This document shows positions 17,248 through 27,412 of a stretch of DNA of 64,000 nt, piece after piece (position 1 is the stretch's first letter; the number at the start of each line of letters is the position of its first letter). Below the pieces are notes generated by a model, which saw only the letters and a program-made list of their open reading frames with translations, was not told the origin of the DNA and did not search any database. Position numbers and translations under genes: made by a program. The DNA is from Escherichia phage vB_EcoM_G17. The stretch lies in sequence record MK327931.1; one strand, given 5' to 3'.

Positions 17248-19395
17248 TTAGAAAACATCGTCAAGGGTTGCATATTCAACAGTACTGAAACCGTCCTCTT
17301 TAACAACTTTGAGGATTTTTTCAGTCTTAGATAGTAACTCTTCTCTGTGGGAAATAGCATAAACGTTCTTACCACGTACAGCAGCCATATCTTGGAAGAT
17401 AGACCACACACGTAGAACACCACTTGAGTCAAGACCTTGGTCAATCATCTCATCAATGATAAGAATATTAATACTTTGGTATAATGACTCATATGTATCA
17501 CGGAAAGCACAAGATAATGCGATGTTTACCCTTGTACGCTCACCTCTACTAAGCTGTTTATAGTCAAAGTACTGTCCACTCTTCTCAATTTCAACACTCA
17601 AATCATTCAAAAACACAACATTATGCTCAGAACCGCACATATCGATATAGTACTGAAGTCGTGTATTCAAATATGATATATTTTGCTCAATAATACGTTT
17701 ACGGACATAAGAATCCTTGTTTAAAAGTAATTTAACCAAGAAATCTTGGTGATTTGACATTTTATCAAGATTATTATAGTCGCTATAATCAATTGGTACT
17801 AAAGAATCAGTCTTCAGGGTATTAATTTGGCTAATAAATGTGTTAGTAGTCTTCAATTCACGATCTAATTGCTGTGATAATGAATTTACAGTCATTTCTA
17901 ACTCTTTAACTTCATATTTGTTTAATGTATCTGGAACTTCCATTAGTTCATATGAGTTAAGTTCATCATATGATGACATAAGTTCATTTGCATAGATGTT
18001 TATTTGTTCTTCTTCACTCTTTCTGACCAATTCTTGAAGCTTATGTTCATGCATTTGTGCTTCTGAAAGTGTATTATAATATGTCACAGGCTTAGGTGGC
18101 ATATCAAAAATCTCAATACTATCAATTTCTTGAAGTAATGTTTCAATTTCAGAAGAAGAACTATCAATTTTAGCTTGAAGATCATTAATAGTACTTTGGA
18201 TTTTGTCTTTAATTGAAGAAGTATGTTCGTTATGTTCCAATTCAGACATACAAAGTGGACATTTGCTGTTTTCAACTGTTGATAATTTGTCAATTTCAGC
18301 ATTAATTGAACATTCATATCCTTTTAAAGCTATTTTTAGTGAGTTTAGTTTTTGTTCTTTGAAACGTTTTTGGTTATTATTCTCTTTTAGAATACCCTCT
18401 AACTGTTTCCATATCTCCAACTCATTATGATTTTCCAATTCTGCACTAATATCAATAGTTTTTAGCTTATCAATGCTTAGATTTAATGCTCTTTTAGATC
18501 TTTCAAGTTCACGGTCATATGCATCAAATTTTAAAGCCAACTCTTGTACACGGCGTTCGATTTCACCACGCTTTGCGTTATGAATAAGAGCTTTCTCTTT
18601 TATGTCCGCAGCTTCATAGAGGTCATTAAAGTCTAAAGTTTTATATATATTCAACTCTTCATTTAACTTATATACTCTATTATTTTTATCAATTTCAAAC
18701 TGGTTTGCCTGTTCTTGTAGTGCCTCAATACTTTTTTGAATACGTTCATTACTTGCAGCTACAGTTTCATTTTTGAACTTTTCTTGTTCGGCTAAACGTT
18801 TAGTATCCTTATACATCTCCTTTAGCATTTCAGCTTTTTCCGTCAACTGTGTTATTCCAAGAAGTTCTTCTATCATATCACGTTGTTTTTGTGTGGATAA
18901 AGCTAAGAAAGGTTCAACGTTAGCATTCAGTACTACAATATGTTCAAATAATAATTGAGATATACCAAGAATTTCATTCAAATCTTCTTGTGTGTCTTTC
19001 TTTTCTCCCCTTGATTCATCTTCAATTTTATTATCTTTCCCTAAAGTAACAAAATTGAAATACGTGGGACTTCTCCCACGTTCAACCAGATATTGTACAC
19101 CATCTTTTTCAAACTCTACAACTACTTCACAATTTTTTCCATTAGTTTTATTGACTAGGTTAGGAATTTTAATATCGTTACCAATACTTTTACCAAATAA
19201 TCCAAAAACTAATCCTTGAATAATAGCACTTTTCCCTACACCATTTCGACGTCCGGTACTGTCACCACCTTCAATAACTGCATCATTATTTTGACCCAGT
19301 ACTAATGAAATGTCGGAACCATTCAAGTCAATTGATTGTGGTGCATTACCAAATGAAAAGAAGTTCCTCATAGATATACGTGTAATGTTTAGCAT
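17248..19395 (-). CDS. Recombination-related exonuclease subunit, Rad50/SbcC-like (T4 gp46-like)
   Basis: 715-aa ORF; N-terminal Walker A (GRRNGVGKS), central coiled-coil with CPLC zinc-hook motif, C-terminal ABC signature/D-loop region (LSRGERTRVNIAL...LIIDE); AAGGGA RBS. Confidence 0.85.
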   Translation of the reverse strand: MLNITRISMRNFFSFGNAPQSIDLNGSDISLVLGQNNDAVIEGGDSTGRRNGVGKSAIIQGLVFGLFGKSIGNDIKIPNLVNKTNGKNCEVVVEFEKDGVQYLVERGRSPTYFNFVTLGKDNKIEDESRGEKKDTQEDLNEILGISQLLFEHIVVLNANVEPFLALSTQKQRDMIEELLGITQLTEKAEMLKEMYKDTKRLAEQEKFKNETVAASNERIQKSIEALQEQANQFEIDKNNRVYKLNEELNIYKTLDFNDLYEAADIKEKALIHNAKRGEIERRVQELALKFDAYDRELERSKRALNLSIDKLKTIDISAELENHNELEIWKQLEGILKENNNQKRFKEQKLNSLKIALKGYECSINAEIDKLSTVENSKCPLCMSELEHNEHTSSIKDKIQSTINDLQAKIDSSSSEIETLLQEIDSIEIFDMPPKPVTYYNTLSEAQMHEHKLQELVRKSEEEQINIYANELMSSYDELNSYELMEVPDTLNKYEVKELEMTVNSLSQQLDRELKTTNTFISQINTLKTDSLVPIDYSDYNNLDKMSNHQDFLVKLLLNKDSYVRKRIIEQNISYLNTRLQYYIDMCGSEHNVVFLNDLSVEIEKSGQYFDYKQLSRGERTRVNIALSCAFRDTYESLYQSINILIIDEMIDQGLDSSGVLRVWSIFQDMAAVRGKNVYAISHREELLSKTEKILKVVKEDGFSTVEYATLDDVF

Positions 19396-19403
19396 ATAGT
19401 CCC

Positions 19404-20435
19404 TTATAACGATCTGTAAATTTGGATTAGAAGATTTTTATCAAACATTGGTGAATCAATTTCCATAATTTGCTGCAAAACTATCTCATCAACTGATTCA
19501 GTACTTTCAAAACTAACACCATCTTCGATTAATTCTGAAATACTTTGCTTGCTTGTCACAACATTAAACTCTCTAATGTTATAAAGTTTAGTAAATGTAT
19601 CACGAATAAAACTAATCTCATCAGTTGTTATTGATATATCAACTTGAACTTTTGATATTGTGTTATCTTGTAGATAATAGCTTGGATCAGTCAACAATTC
19701 AGAAAGTGTGAATGTTCTATATTTTGGTGCATTATCCCATGACTTGAAAATAGGTTCTTTGCCATGTTCAAGAATCATCACACCTCTTGCATCATCCCAT
19801 GTATCGGAAAAATTATGTGGAAAACAATTACCAGTATAAACTACACGAGTTCCTTTTGAAGTTGTTTTTGACTGTCGTTTATGAAAATGTCCACTAAAAA
19901 CATACTCACATCCACCAAAAGAACCTTCTGTTTCTTTTCCATGATCAGGCATTTCTACCATCTTGTTAAGCAAGTAACCTGGTAACTCTAAGTGACCAAA
20001 AACATACTTACTTTTTAGTTGAGGTAACAACTTATATTCATCTTCAATCATAAATGGAATGAAAGTACAATCATCAAAGGTTGTAATTTCATTAATGAAT
20101 TCTATATTTTCATAAACTTGAGCCATATTGATACTTGTTATATCACGTTTGTTTTTATGATACATATCATGGTTGCCGACTAAAAAATATACTTTTTCAA
20201 AATTATCATTTAATAATTGAAGAATTTGTAAACCATAGTTTAGTGTTTGAATATTGATATTACTTCTATTATGAAAATAATCTCCCATAAAAACACAAAC
20301 TTTGATATTATTTTTTTTAGCTACATCAATCATGAATTTAATGAAGTTTAAACAATCTTCATTGTGTTGCTTGCTGTTATTCTTTAAACCTAAGTGAATA
20401 TCAGTGAATGTAATTGCTTTATCAAACAGAGCCAT
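19404..20435 (-). CDS. Recombination-related nuclease subunit, Mre11/SbcD-like (T4 gp47-like)
   Basis: ORF track 19404..20453 (TTG); probable ATG at 20433-20435. Calcineurin-like phosphoesterase motifs (TDIHLG, GDYFH, GNHD, GHLE, GHFH); adjacent to the Rad50-like gene. Confidence 0.8.
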   Translation of the reverse strand: MALFDKAITFTDIHLGLKNNSKQHNEDCLNFIKFMIDVAKKNNIKVCVFMGDYFHNRSNINIQTLNYGLQILQLLNDNFEKVYFLVGNHDMYHKNKRDITSINMAQVYENIEFINEITTFDDCTFIPFMIEDEYKLLPQLKSKYVFGHLELPGYLLNKMVEMPDHGKETEGSFGGCEYVFSGHFHKRQSKTTSKGTRVVYTGNCFPHNFSDTWDDARGVMILEHGKEPIFKSWDNAPKYRTFTLSELLTDPSYYLQDNTISKVQVDISITTDEISFIRDTFTKLYNIREFNVVTSKQSISELIEDGVSFESTESVDEIVLQQIMEIDSPMFDKNLLIQIYRSL

Positions 20436-21261
20436 CTTCATTTTTCCTTTCAATCATGTTCAATTCAATTTCAATTTGACGTGTATGTGATGGCGTAAAG
20501 CCATGCATTTCAAGTAAATCATCACGTATATTTCGAACATTTTTCTCACTATTCAATATAGAACGAAAACTATTGTTTACGAATGATGTATAGTAAGAGA
20601 AAGGATTTAGCTGAACTGCTGGTTTATCTTTTTTATAAAGAATGCTCTCTTTAAAGAGAAGTGCGTTTTTAACTAATTGTATTCTTGCATCACCCATCAT
20701 TTCATCTAAGTATGTATAGTTTCTGTAATTAGATTTATGAGAGATTTCCTCAGCAAGTTTAATGAACATCTTCCCTAGTTCATTTGTAATTTTACCATGA
20801 ACAGTACTGAATTCACCAGTTTCAAGATCTCCTTTCCAATGAGAACGACATACTTCATAGAGAATTCCTTCATTATCTACAATGTAATGCTTGAATGGTT
20901 CAAAGTTAACTCTAGTGTCGGGTGGAATATGTTCATCAGTGATAACACGAATAACAACTTCATCGATTGGAACATCAGTGATAACTAAATTATTTTCATC
21001 TGCATATTCTTTAGCTTTTTTAGCACTCATACTTTCCTTTTCACGAATACTATCAAGCATTTCATTGTTTAGTCGTTTGATTCGTGCTGCTTTGGCTTTT
21101 TCAAGTAACTCAGTAGTAATTTCTGACTCATGAAAAACAATATAATCATACATACTATATGATTTGTCTAATAACCAGCAGTATGAAATCTTACTTTTTT
21201 GTATTTCACGAAGTAAATCAGCATTATTGAGATACTTTTTACGCTTTGGCCTATTTGTCAT
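20422..21261 (-). CDS. Late-transcription sigma factor (T4 gp55-like), extended
   Basis: 279-aa ORF; KKYLNNADLLREIQKSK resembles the gp55 N-terminus, with further similarity in two later blocks; about 90 aa longer than T4 gp55; located next to gp47/gp46 homologues as in T4; GGAGAG RBS. Confidence 0.6.
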   Translation of the reverse strand: MTNRPKRKKYLNNADLLREIQKSKISYCWLLDKSYSMYDYIVFHESEITTELLEKAKAARIKRLNNEMLDSIREKESMSAKKAKEYADENNLVITDVPIDEVVIRVITDEHIPPDTRVNFEPFKHYIVDNEGILYEVCRSHWKGDLETGEFSTVHGKITNELGKMFIKLAEEISHKSNYRNYTYLDEMMGDARIQLVKNALLFKESILYKKDKPAVQLNPFSYYTSFVNNSFRSILNSEKNVRNIRDDLLEMHGFTPSHTRQIEIELNMIERKNEDGSV

Positions 21262-21349
21262 TGTATTTTACTCTCCATGTTTAAATCCAATAGGTACAAT
21301 CCTTGTACCATCAATGTTATTATAGCACCAAAAAGCATTTTGTCCCACG

Positions 21350-21357
21350 TATAAATA
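21350..21357 (+). promoter_or_regulatory. T4-type late promoter box TATAAATA
   Basis: Exact tataaata 21350-21357, ~36 nt upstream of ATG 21393. Confidence 0.55.
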
Positions 21358-21392
21358 CATCAAATGTTCCCTTATTATGGAGAATCAAAAAG

Positions 21393-22124
21393 ATGATTGA
21401 TCGTAGAATTCGATTACGACCTAAAGCCGCAGGTGCTAACTATGTATATGGTGATTTCGGGGATAGCTCCGAACCAACACTACTTTCGTTTCTGCGTCCA
21501 ACTAATGGGTTGGTTTGGACTGTAACACCAACAATTACTGAACAAAGGTCAATTCAGTATGAAACACAGTCTCCTATACATACCAACAGTAACTATAACA
21601 ACTATAAGAACACTACTAATACAGTTTTCACTATTCAGGGTGAATTTTATGCAAATACAGCAGCAGAAGCTATGTATGCGTTGGCATGTGTTCATTTTAT
21701 ACGTTCTGTTTCATTGATGGATTTTGGTAGACAAGCTGCTTCGGCTAATAACCCCGAACTCGCAATTGCGGGTGCACCACCACCAATCTTACTTCTAAGT
21801 GGATATGGTCGTTATACATATAATGATATTCCTGTTATTTTAAAATCTTATAATTTTACTTACCCAAATGATGTTTCTTATATTCAAGTTCCATTGAATA
21901 GTAGCGATAGTACTTTTAATTTATCCGACATGGATAGTAGAAAATTCTTCGAACAACTTAGAAGTACTGGATATATGAACCCACAAGATGAAGTTTGGGT
22001 TCCACAAAAAATCTCAGTTATGTTACAACTTGAAGAACAACCAACATCGGATTATATGACTAAAACGTTCAACCTCAATGCATTCAAACGTGGTGAACTA
22101 TTACGTAAAGGAGGATTCATTTAA
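21393..22124 (+). CDS. Baseplate / tail-tube associated structural protein (tentative)
   Basis: ORF track starts at 21303 but that lies upstream of the late promoter; ATG 21393 (MIDRRIRL...) has a GGAG RBS. Assignment from position in baseplate block only. Confidence 0.45.
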   Translation: MIDRRIRLRPKAAGANYVYGDFGDSSEPTLLSFLRPTNGLVWTVTPTITEQRSIQYETQSPIHTNSNYNNYKNTTNTVFTIQGEFYANTAAEAMYALACVHFIRSVSLMDFGRQAASANNPELAIAGAPPPILLLSGYGRYTYNDIPVILKSYNFTYPNDVSYIQVPLNSSDSTFNLSDMDSRKFFEQLRSTGYMNPQDEVWVPQKISVMLQLEEQPTSDYMTKTFNLNAFKRGELLRKGGFI

Positions 22125-22438
22125 TGTCCAACTATAGTCAATACTCACCTTACGCTAAGGTGAAACAAACATGGTATCTTGGGTATAATTTACCACGTGA
22201 TATTGTTCCGGCTGATACTGATGATTTTTATGAGATCCCATTGAAATATGAATATCAACCTTGGCGTTTAGCATACGAAATGTATGGTAATGAACGCTTA
22301 TATTATATTTTCGCATTGTTAAATCCAGACATACTAGGAGAAGATCCTATATATAATTTTAAAAGTGGAGTAACAATTAGAATACCAGCAAATCAAAGAG
22401 TACAGAATTATCTTAATGGTACTCGAAACATAGGCTAA
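22124..22438 (+). CDS. LysM-like baseplate protein (T4 gp53 / P2 gpX-like)
   Basis: 104-aa ORF; YEIPLKYEYQPWRLAYEMYGNERLYYIFALLNP resembles the LysM-like segment of gp53-class proteins; GGAGG RBS. Confidence 0.45.
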   Translation: MSNYSQYSPYAKVKQTWYLGYNLPRDIVPADTDDFYEIPLKYEYQPWRLAYEMYGNERLYYIFALLNPDILGEDPIYNFKSGVTIRIPANQRVQNYLNGTRNIG

Positions 22439-22449
22439 TGGAGTAACGT

Positions 22450-24699
22450 ATGGCAGATTTACGAAGTACAGTTGATAATTTTCAAAATGATATTACAAGT
22501 ATTACTGGTAAGGCTAAAACCACCACATCTAATGCACTTGATAGTTTGAAAGCTACAGCAAATACATTACAAAATGATGTAAAAACTATTACAAAAAATA
22601 ATTACAAAGCAAATGTAAGTAATGTAGTATCATTACCAAAACAAAGTGCTAGTGTTGATCAAGTTTATGAAGATCTCGATTTAAGTCAGTTTGTAATACC
22701 GTATGACAATAAATTATTGAAATATGATAACCCAACTTGGCACTTTTGTTTATTTGCCTTAGATAAAGATGATTTTAAAAACTTTTGGCTTTACCCAGAT
22801 GCAGAAGTGCAACGACATGTGATATCAGAAAGTGGTGTTACTGGCAAATATAATATCACTAGTGTACAAATGACACAAGCTGGACCTTCAACACCAGGAA
22901 TGACAACAAACTATTGTTTTAATACAGCAGTACTTAATATGTCTGAAAATAATAGTATGAGTCTATATGATGAATTAATTTCGTTAAGTAACAAACTTAG
23001 ATATCATAAATTTATGGACTTGCCATTGATCTTGGAATTAAAGTTTATTGGCTTTAATAAAAATGGAATACCTGAAATTATCCCAGAAACAACAAGACGC
23101 TGGTCAGTTAAAATTAATAGTGTTACTGCAAGTGCTTCACAAAGTGGTAGTACTATGATGTATACTATGAACTTAGTTCATAATAGAGCAGCTTTAGTTG
23201 ATAACATTGAATGGACCTTAAAAGAACCATTCAATTGTACTGCTGAAAACTTTGGTGACTTCTGCTTTGATTTAGAAGATAAATTAAATCAGATGGCTGA
23301 CCAACAATATGGTTATCTTAGATATAAATTTGGTGAATTATCCGAAGGTAAATTTTTCGAATTTAAAGTAGCACCTGATTTGCAAGATTTGTTTATAAAC
23401 TATGATTCTAAACAAATGGCAGAGGCCGGAACAACTAAAAGTGGTGCACAAGGTTCTAAAAACTTTTCATGGAACCCAAGTACTCCTATATCTCGAATTA
23501 TTGATGACGTTATTGATACATGTACTGTACAAGCCGATGATAGTACTAGTGTGCGTCAATTTGTAAACATTATACCAGTTAAACAATACGTTGGTTTTGA
23601 TAATTATCGTAATACTTCTGTGTATAAAGTAATTTTTTATATTGTTAGATTTAAAATAGGTGATATTGTTCATGAATCGGATTTACAACCTGAAAATTTC
23701 ACATTTGAGTACTTTTTTGAGAACGCAGAAAAATACGTAGATCCTAATGATCAAAAACCAAAAATAAACATGAAAACTTATAATTATCAATTTAGTGGGC
23801 TTAATAGTGAGATACTTGATTTGGATTTGAAATTTGATCAGCAATTTTTCGTAGCCACTACACGTAACCCTGGTCCGATACAAGATGTAGCGAACCATGC
23901 AGGTACACATACATCCCAAGAACTCAATATTCAAGGTGTACAATACAATAGTATACCAGACGCATGGGCAAAAACAAGTGATTTACGTGTAACTCGTGAT
24001 TTAGGAGGGATGTTAACACAAGCCCAACAACAATTGTTAACTGAAGTTGAAACTTTAGCAAAAAATCAAATGCAGGTTGGTAACGCAGAAGAACAAGACC
24101 GTTATAATAACTATCAAGTCAATGTTTTACCTCAATATATTGAAGATTATGTAACCACTTATGAAGAAAACGATGGTGGCACTGATGGTGTTGGTCACCG
24201 TTATGGTGAAGTGTTCACAATGCCAACCGAAGCAACTAACAATGAAACAACTTTATCCGCTTCGTTAAACGATAACAGCAGCACATATGAAATGGATAGA
24301 CGTAAAATACGTGACAACTATTACAATAGACCTTTTTTGTGTAAACTCGATATGCGTGTAGTAGGCGACCCGTACTGGTTAGGGTGGAGTGATTACTCTT
24401 ACTTACAATATCTAGAACAAGTAATTAATGGTGAAGATATGGAAATTAACCCAGATGATTATCATGTAGCAAATTATATAACATCTGAAGCGTATCTATT
24501 ACTAAAATTACAACCAGTAATATCAATAAATGATAACACTGGTGTTTTGGATATTAATACACCAACCACATTTAACCAAACAATTTATCGTGTTAATAAA
24601 ATTGTTCATGATTTTGGTGCAGGTGGTTCTTTTACACAACAAATTCAAGCTGCAATTGTAATTCGTGCACTCAAACGTCACGATAGTATAGTTGATTAA
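22450..24699 (+). CDS. Large baseplate structural protein (possible hub component, gp27 position)
   Basis: 749-aa ORF immediately upstream of and coupled to the gp5/gpV-like spike gene; no firm motif. Confidence 0.4.
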   Translation: MADLRSTVDNFQNDITSITGKAKTTTSNALDSLKATANTLQNDVKTITKNNYKANVSNVVSLPKQSASVDQVYEDLDLSQFVIPYDNKLLKYDNPTWHFCLFALDKDDFKNFWLYPDAEVQRHVISESGVTGKYNITSVQMTQAGPSTPGMTTNYCFNTAVLNMSENNSMSLYDELISLSNKLRYHKFMDLPLILELKFIGFNKNGIPEIIPETTRRWSVKINSVTASASQSGSTMMYTMNLVHNRAALVDNIEWTLKEPFNCTAENFGDFCFDLEDKLNQMADQQYGYLRYKFGELSEGKFFEFKVAPDLQDLFINYDSKQMAEAGTTKSGAQGSKNFSWNPSTPISRIIDDVIDTCTVQADDSTSVRQFVNIIPVKQYVGFDNYRNTSVYKVIFYIVRFKIGDIVHESDLQPENFTFEYFFENAEKYVDPNDQKPKINMKTYNYQFSGLNSEILDLDLKFDQQFFVATTRNPGPIQDVANHAGTHTSQELNIQGVQYNSIPDAWAKTSDLRVTRDLGGMLTQAQQQLLTEVETLAKNQMQVGNAEEQDRYNNYQVNVLPQYIEDYVTTYEENDGGTDGVGHRYGEVFTMPTEATNNETTLSASLNDNSSTYEMDRRKIRDNYYNRPFLCKLDMRVVGDPYWLGWSDYSYLQYLEQVINGEDMEINPDDYHVANYITSEAYLLLKLQPVISINDNTGVLDINTPTTFNQTIYRVNKIVHDFGAGGSFTQQIQAAIVIRALKRHDSIVD

Positions 24700-24712
24700 G
24701 GAATAAAATATT

Positions 24713-27376
24713 ATGGCAGATACAAGTAAAAAGTATGCACAACAGCAGTTGGGTCGTTTTGACCCATCTTATCCGCAGTTAGCAACTGTTATGGATAACA
24801 GAGATCCAACTAAATCAGGAAAACTGAAAGTTTGGATACAAGGTTCTCAAAGTGATAAAAACTCAAAAGAATCATGGATAGAAGCATCTTACATGTCTCC
24901 TTTTGCTGGTAAAACACCAGGTATTCCAAGTGCTGATGCATATGGTCAATATCCAAAAGGATACGGTTTTTGGGCAGTACCACCAGACGTAGGGTGTACA
25001 GTTGTTGTAATTTTTGCACAAGCCCGTACATTCCAAGCATATTGGATTGGTTGTGTATATGACCAGCGTATGAATACTATGGTTCCGGGTATGGCAACTG
25101 AAGTAAGTAATTATGGTGGAACTGATATGCCACTTCCTGTTACTGACTATGATCGTAACACTATCACTACCGATATGCAAGACAAATATGCTAACGTTCC
25201 AATCATCGCAGGTCTTAAAAAGCAAAACCTTTTATATGACGAAGAAGCTGGGTTGGCGAATCGTAGTAGTACTCGACAAACCACAAGTACTGTATATGGA
25301 ATGTCATCACCACGTGGAAATAGTTTCATTATTGATGATGGATATACTGAAGAGGAATTAACTGCACCCACATGGGATCAAGACCCAGATGGATATCAAG
25401 ATACGCAATTTAATAACCCAGTAAACGATACCCGTGTTGGTTCTCGTAAAAATGAAGGTGTTGTAATAAAAACACGTAGTGGTGCACAACTTCTTTTATC
25501 AGAAGCAACTGGTGATGTTCTTTTAATTAACCGTGACGGTACTGCACGTATTAAATTCACTGGTGAAGGTGATATTGACATGCATTGTGACAAGAATATC
25601 AATATTCGTGCAGGACAAGATATTAATATTACGGCTGGACGTTCATACAACATTGAAACCGGACAAGATTTCAATGCACGCGTTGGTGCAAATACTAAAT
25701 TAGATCTAATTGGTGCTCTTGATGCAAAAGTTGGTGGACAAGTGGTGGTTAATTCAGGTGCTGACCTTCGTTTAGTTACGGCTGCATCATTACGTATGCA
25801 AAGTGGTAGCAGTACTGATATTACGGCTGGTTCAAATGCTTCTATTTCTGCCGCAACATCTGCAAACCTAATTGGATCATCATCAGCAATTATTAGTGGT
25901 GGTGGTCAAACATTAACAGTTAATAGTGGTGGTAATAGCGGTACTGCTGAATTTACTGCACCAAACTTTAGAACACCATCTGCTGGTCTTAATGAACACA
26001 TTCATGATATCGCTGCATGGGTTAACGCTGAAAATCATGGTAGTTATGTTGAACCACCAAGACAAGGTGGTGGAAGTGGTTCTAGTGAATCACCAGTACA
26101 ACCACAACCAGCAAATGATGTATCACCAGAATTACCCGTAGCACAAGACACTGAAGCTGTTCAGTTTGTTAACTATACATCAGAAACTGAACAAGTTCAA
26201 TCACAAGATTTGATGACATCTGATCCTGGGATGACTGGATATAGTATTACATATGAAGGTTTACATATGTTAATGCCATGTAGCGGTACTATTCGACAAT
26301 ATGGTTACTGGGGGAAAGGTGTTCCAACACAAAGTGGAGGAAAGGCAGACCGTTCAGGTTGGGAAATACAATGTAAAGGTGATGTAGTTGCACCAGATGG
26401 TGGTGTGGTAGTAATTACTAATGGTGCTCTTTTAATACAACATAAGTCTGGATATAAATCTATTTTTTATAATATTCAATCTGATTTATTAAACAAAGAT
26501 GTTGTTCAAAAAGGTCAAGTTGTTGGAAAAGCAAATGGTGTCATACAGTTTGAAATTCGTGTTACATCAGCAAATGTTCTTGGATTCAGTGGTTCTGTTG
26601 ACCCAGGATTATTTTATGCTTCACAAACAGGAACAGGGTCTGATGCGGCGAATAAAACATTAATTGGTGGTCAAGCAACTAATCAATCTGCTCCAAAAGC
26701 AGTTGTACAACCTTCAGTTGATAGTGATGAATTGGTAGTTACAACAAAAATCAAAACGATAGGTACTGGATATTCTCAACGTGGTTCTCGTCATGTGCCT
26801 CGTAGGAGAAGAACACAGAGAAGTGGAGCTTCAACAACTCCGGTGGAGCAACCTACCTATAATATTGGAAATGTTGATAAAACTGCAATCGATTGGAAAG
26901 TTGTTCCAGGTGATGCACAATTTATTTCTGAATTAAAAGAATATGAAGGTACATTACAATACCAACAAGCAAAAGGATATTATCGTAATGGTAAATTCTG
27001 GCGTTATTTGGATAGTCGTGGGTATCCAACTATTGGTTATGGTCACTTGATTATTAGTGGTGAAAACTTTTCAGATGGAATAACTGAACAGCAAGCCAAC
27101 GATATGTTAGTTCGTGATAGTAGTAAAGCTATATATGATGCTAAATCAATTTATGCTTCATATAACATGAAAACACCTTATTTGGCTCAACAAGTACTAT
27201 GCCAAATGGTATTCCAGATGGGTAAAGGTGGGGTACTTAAATTTAAAACTATGTTGTCTGAATTAGCTAAAGGTAATTATAAACAAGCTGCTGCTCAAAT
27301 ACGTAATTCAGCTTGGTATCGCCAAACTACTCGCCGTGCTGAGTTAATGGCTCGTCGTTTAGAGGCATGTCAATAA
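24713..27376 (+). CDS. Baseplate central spike (gpV / gp5-like OB fold + beta-helix) fused to a degenerate M23/LytM-like domain and a C-terminal T4-type (GH24) lysozyme domain
   Basis: 887-aa ORF. N-terminal WIEASYMSPFAGKTPG...YGFWAVPPDVGCTVVVIFAQ matches the gpV/gp5 OB-fold consensus; residues ~280-400 are short beta-helix repeats; a mid region has M23 spacing (LLIQHKSGYKSIFYNI...KGQVVGKANGVIQFEIRV) but VIQFE replaces HLHFE; the C-terminus (EGTLQYQ...TIGYGHLI...QMVFQMGKGG...WYRQTTRRAELMARRLE) is a T4 lysozyme fold with Glu/Asp/Thr at catalytic positions. Confidence 0.75.
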   Translation: MADTSKKYAQQQLGRFDPSYPQLATVMDNRDPTKSGKLKVWIQGSQSDKNSKESWIEASYMSPFAGKTPGIPSADAYGQYPKGYGFWAVPPDVGCTVVVIFAQARTFQAYWIGCVYDQRMNTMVPGMATEVSNYGGTDMPLPVTDYDRNTITTDMQDKYANVPIIAGLKKQNLLYDEEAGLANRSSTRQTTSTVYGMSSPRGNSFIIDDGYTEEELTAPTWDQDPDGYQDTQFNNPVNDTRVGSRKNEGVVIKTRSGAQLLLSEATGDVLLINRDGTARIKFTGEGDIDMHCDKNINIRAGQDINITAGRSYNIETGQDFNARVGANTKLDLIGALDAKVGGQVVVNSGADLRLVTAASLRMQSGSSTDITAGSNASISAATSANLIGSSSAIISGGGQTLTVNSGGNSGTAEFTAPNFRTPSAGLNEHIHDIAAWVNAENHGSYVEPPRQGGGSGSSESPVQPQPANDVSPELPVAQDTEAVQFVNYTSETEQVQSQDLMTSDPGMTGYSITYEGLHMLMPCSGTIRQYGYWGKGVPTQSGGKADRSGWEIQCKGDVVAPDGGVVVITNGALLIQHKSGYKSIFYNIQSDLLNKDVVQKGQVVGKANGVIQFEIRVTSANVLGFSGSVDPGLFYASQTGTGSDAANKTLIGGQATNQSAPKAVVQPSVDSDELVVTTKIKTIGTGYSQRGSRHVPRRRRTQRSGASTTPVEQPTYNIGNVDKTAIDWKVVPGDAQFISELKEYEGTLQYQQAKGYYRNGKFWRYLDSRGYPTIGYGHLIISGENFSDGITEQQANDMLVRDSSKAIYDAKSIYASYNMKTPYLAQQVLCQMVFQMGKGGVLKFKTMLSELAKGNYKQAAAQIRNSAWYRQTTRRAELMARRLEACQ

Positions 27377-27388
27377 ATATTTTAGTAC

Positions 27389-27396
27389 TATAAATA
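27389..27396 (+). promoter_or_regulatory. T4-type late promoter box TATAAATA upstream of endolysin gene
   Basis: Exact tataaata 27389-27396, ~17 nt upstream of ATG 27413. Confidence 0.5.
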
Positions 27397-27412
27397 AAAC
27401 GAGGATATCTTT

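Noticed and set aside
21303-21392. Upstream extension of the ORF at 21303..22124
   Set aside because: The track start lies upstream of the exact TATAAATA box (21350-21357) and lacks an RBS; the ATG at 21393 has a GGAG RBS, so the 5' extension is probably not translated.
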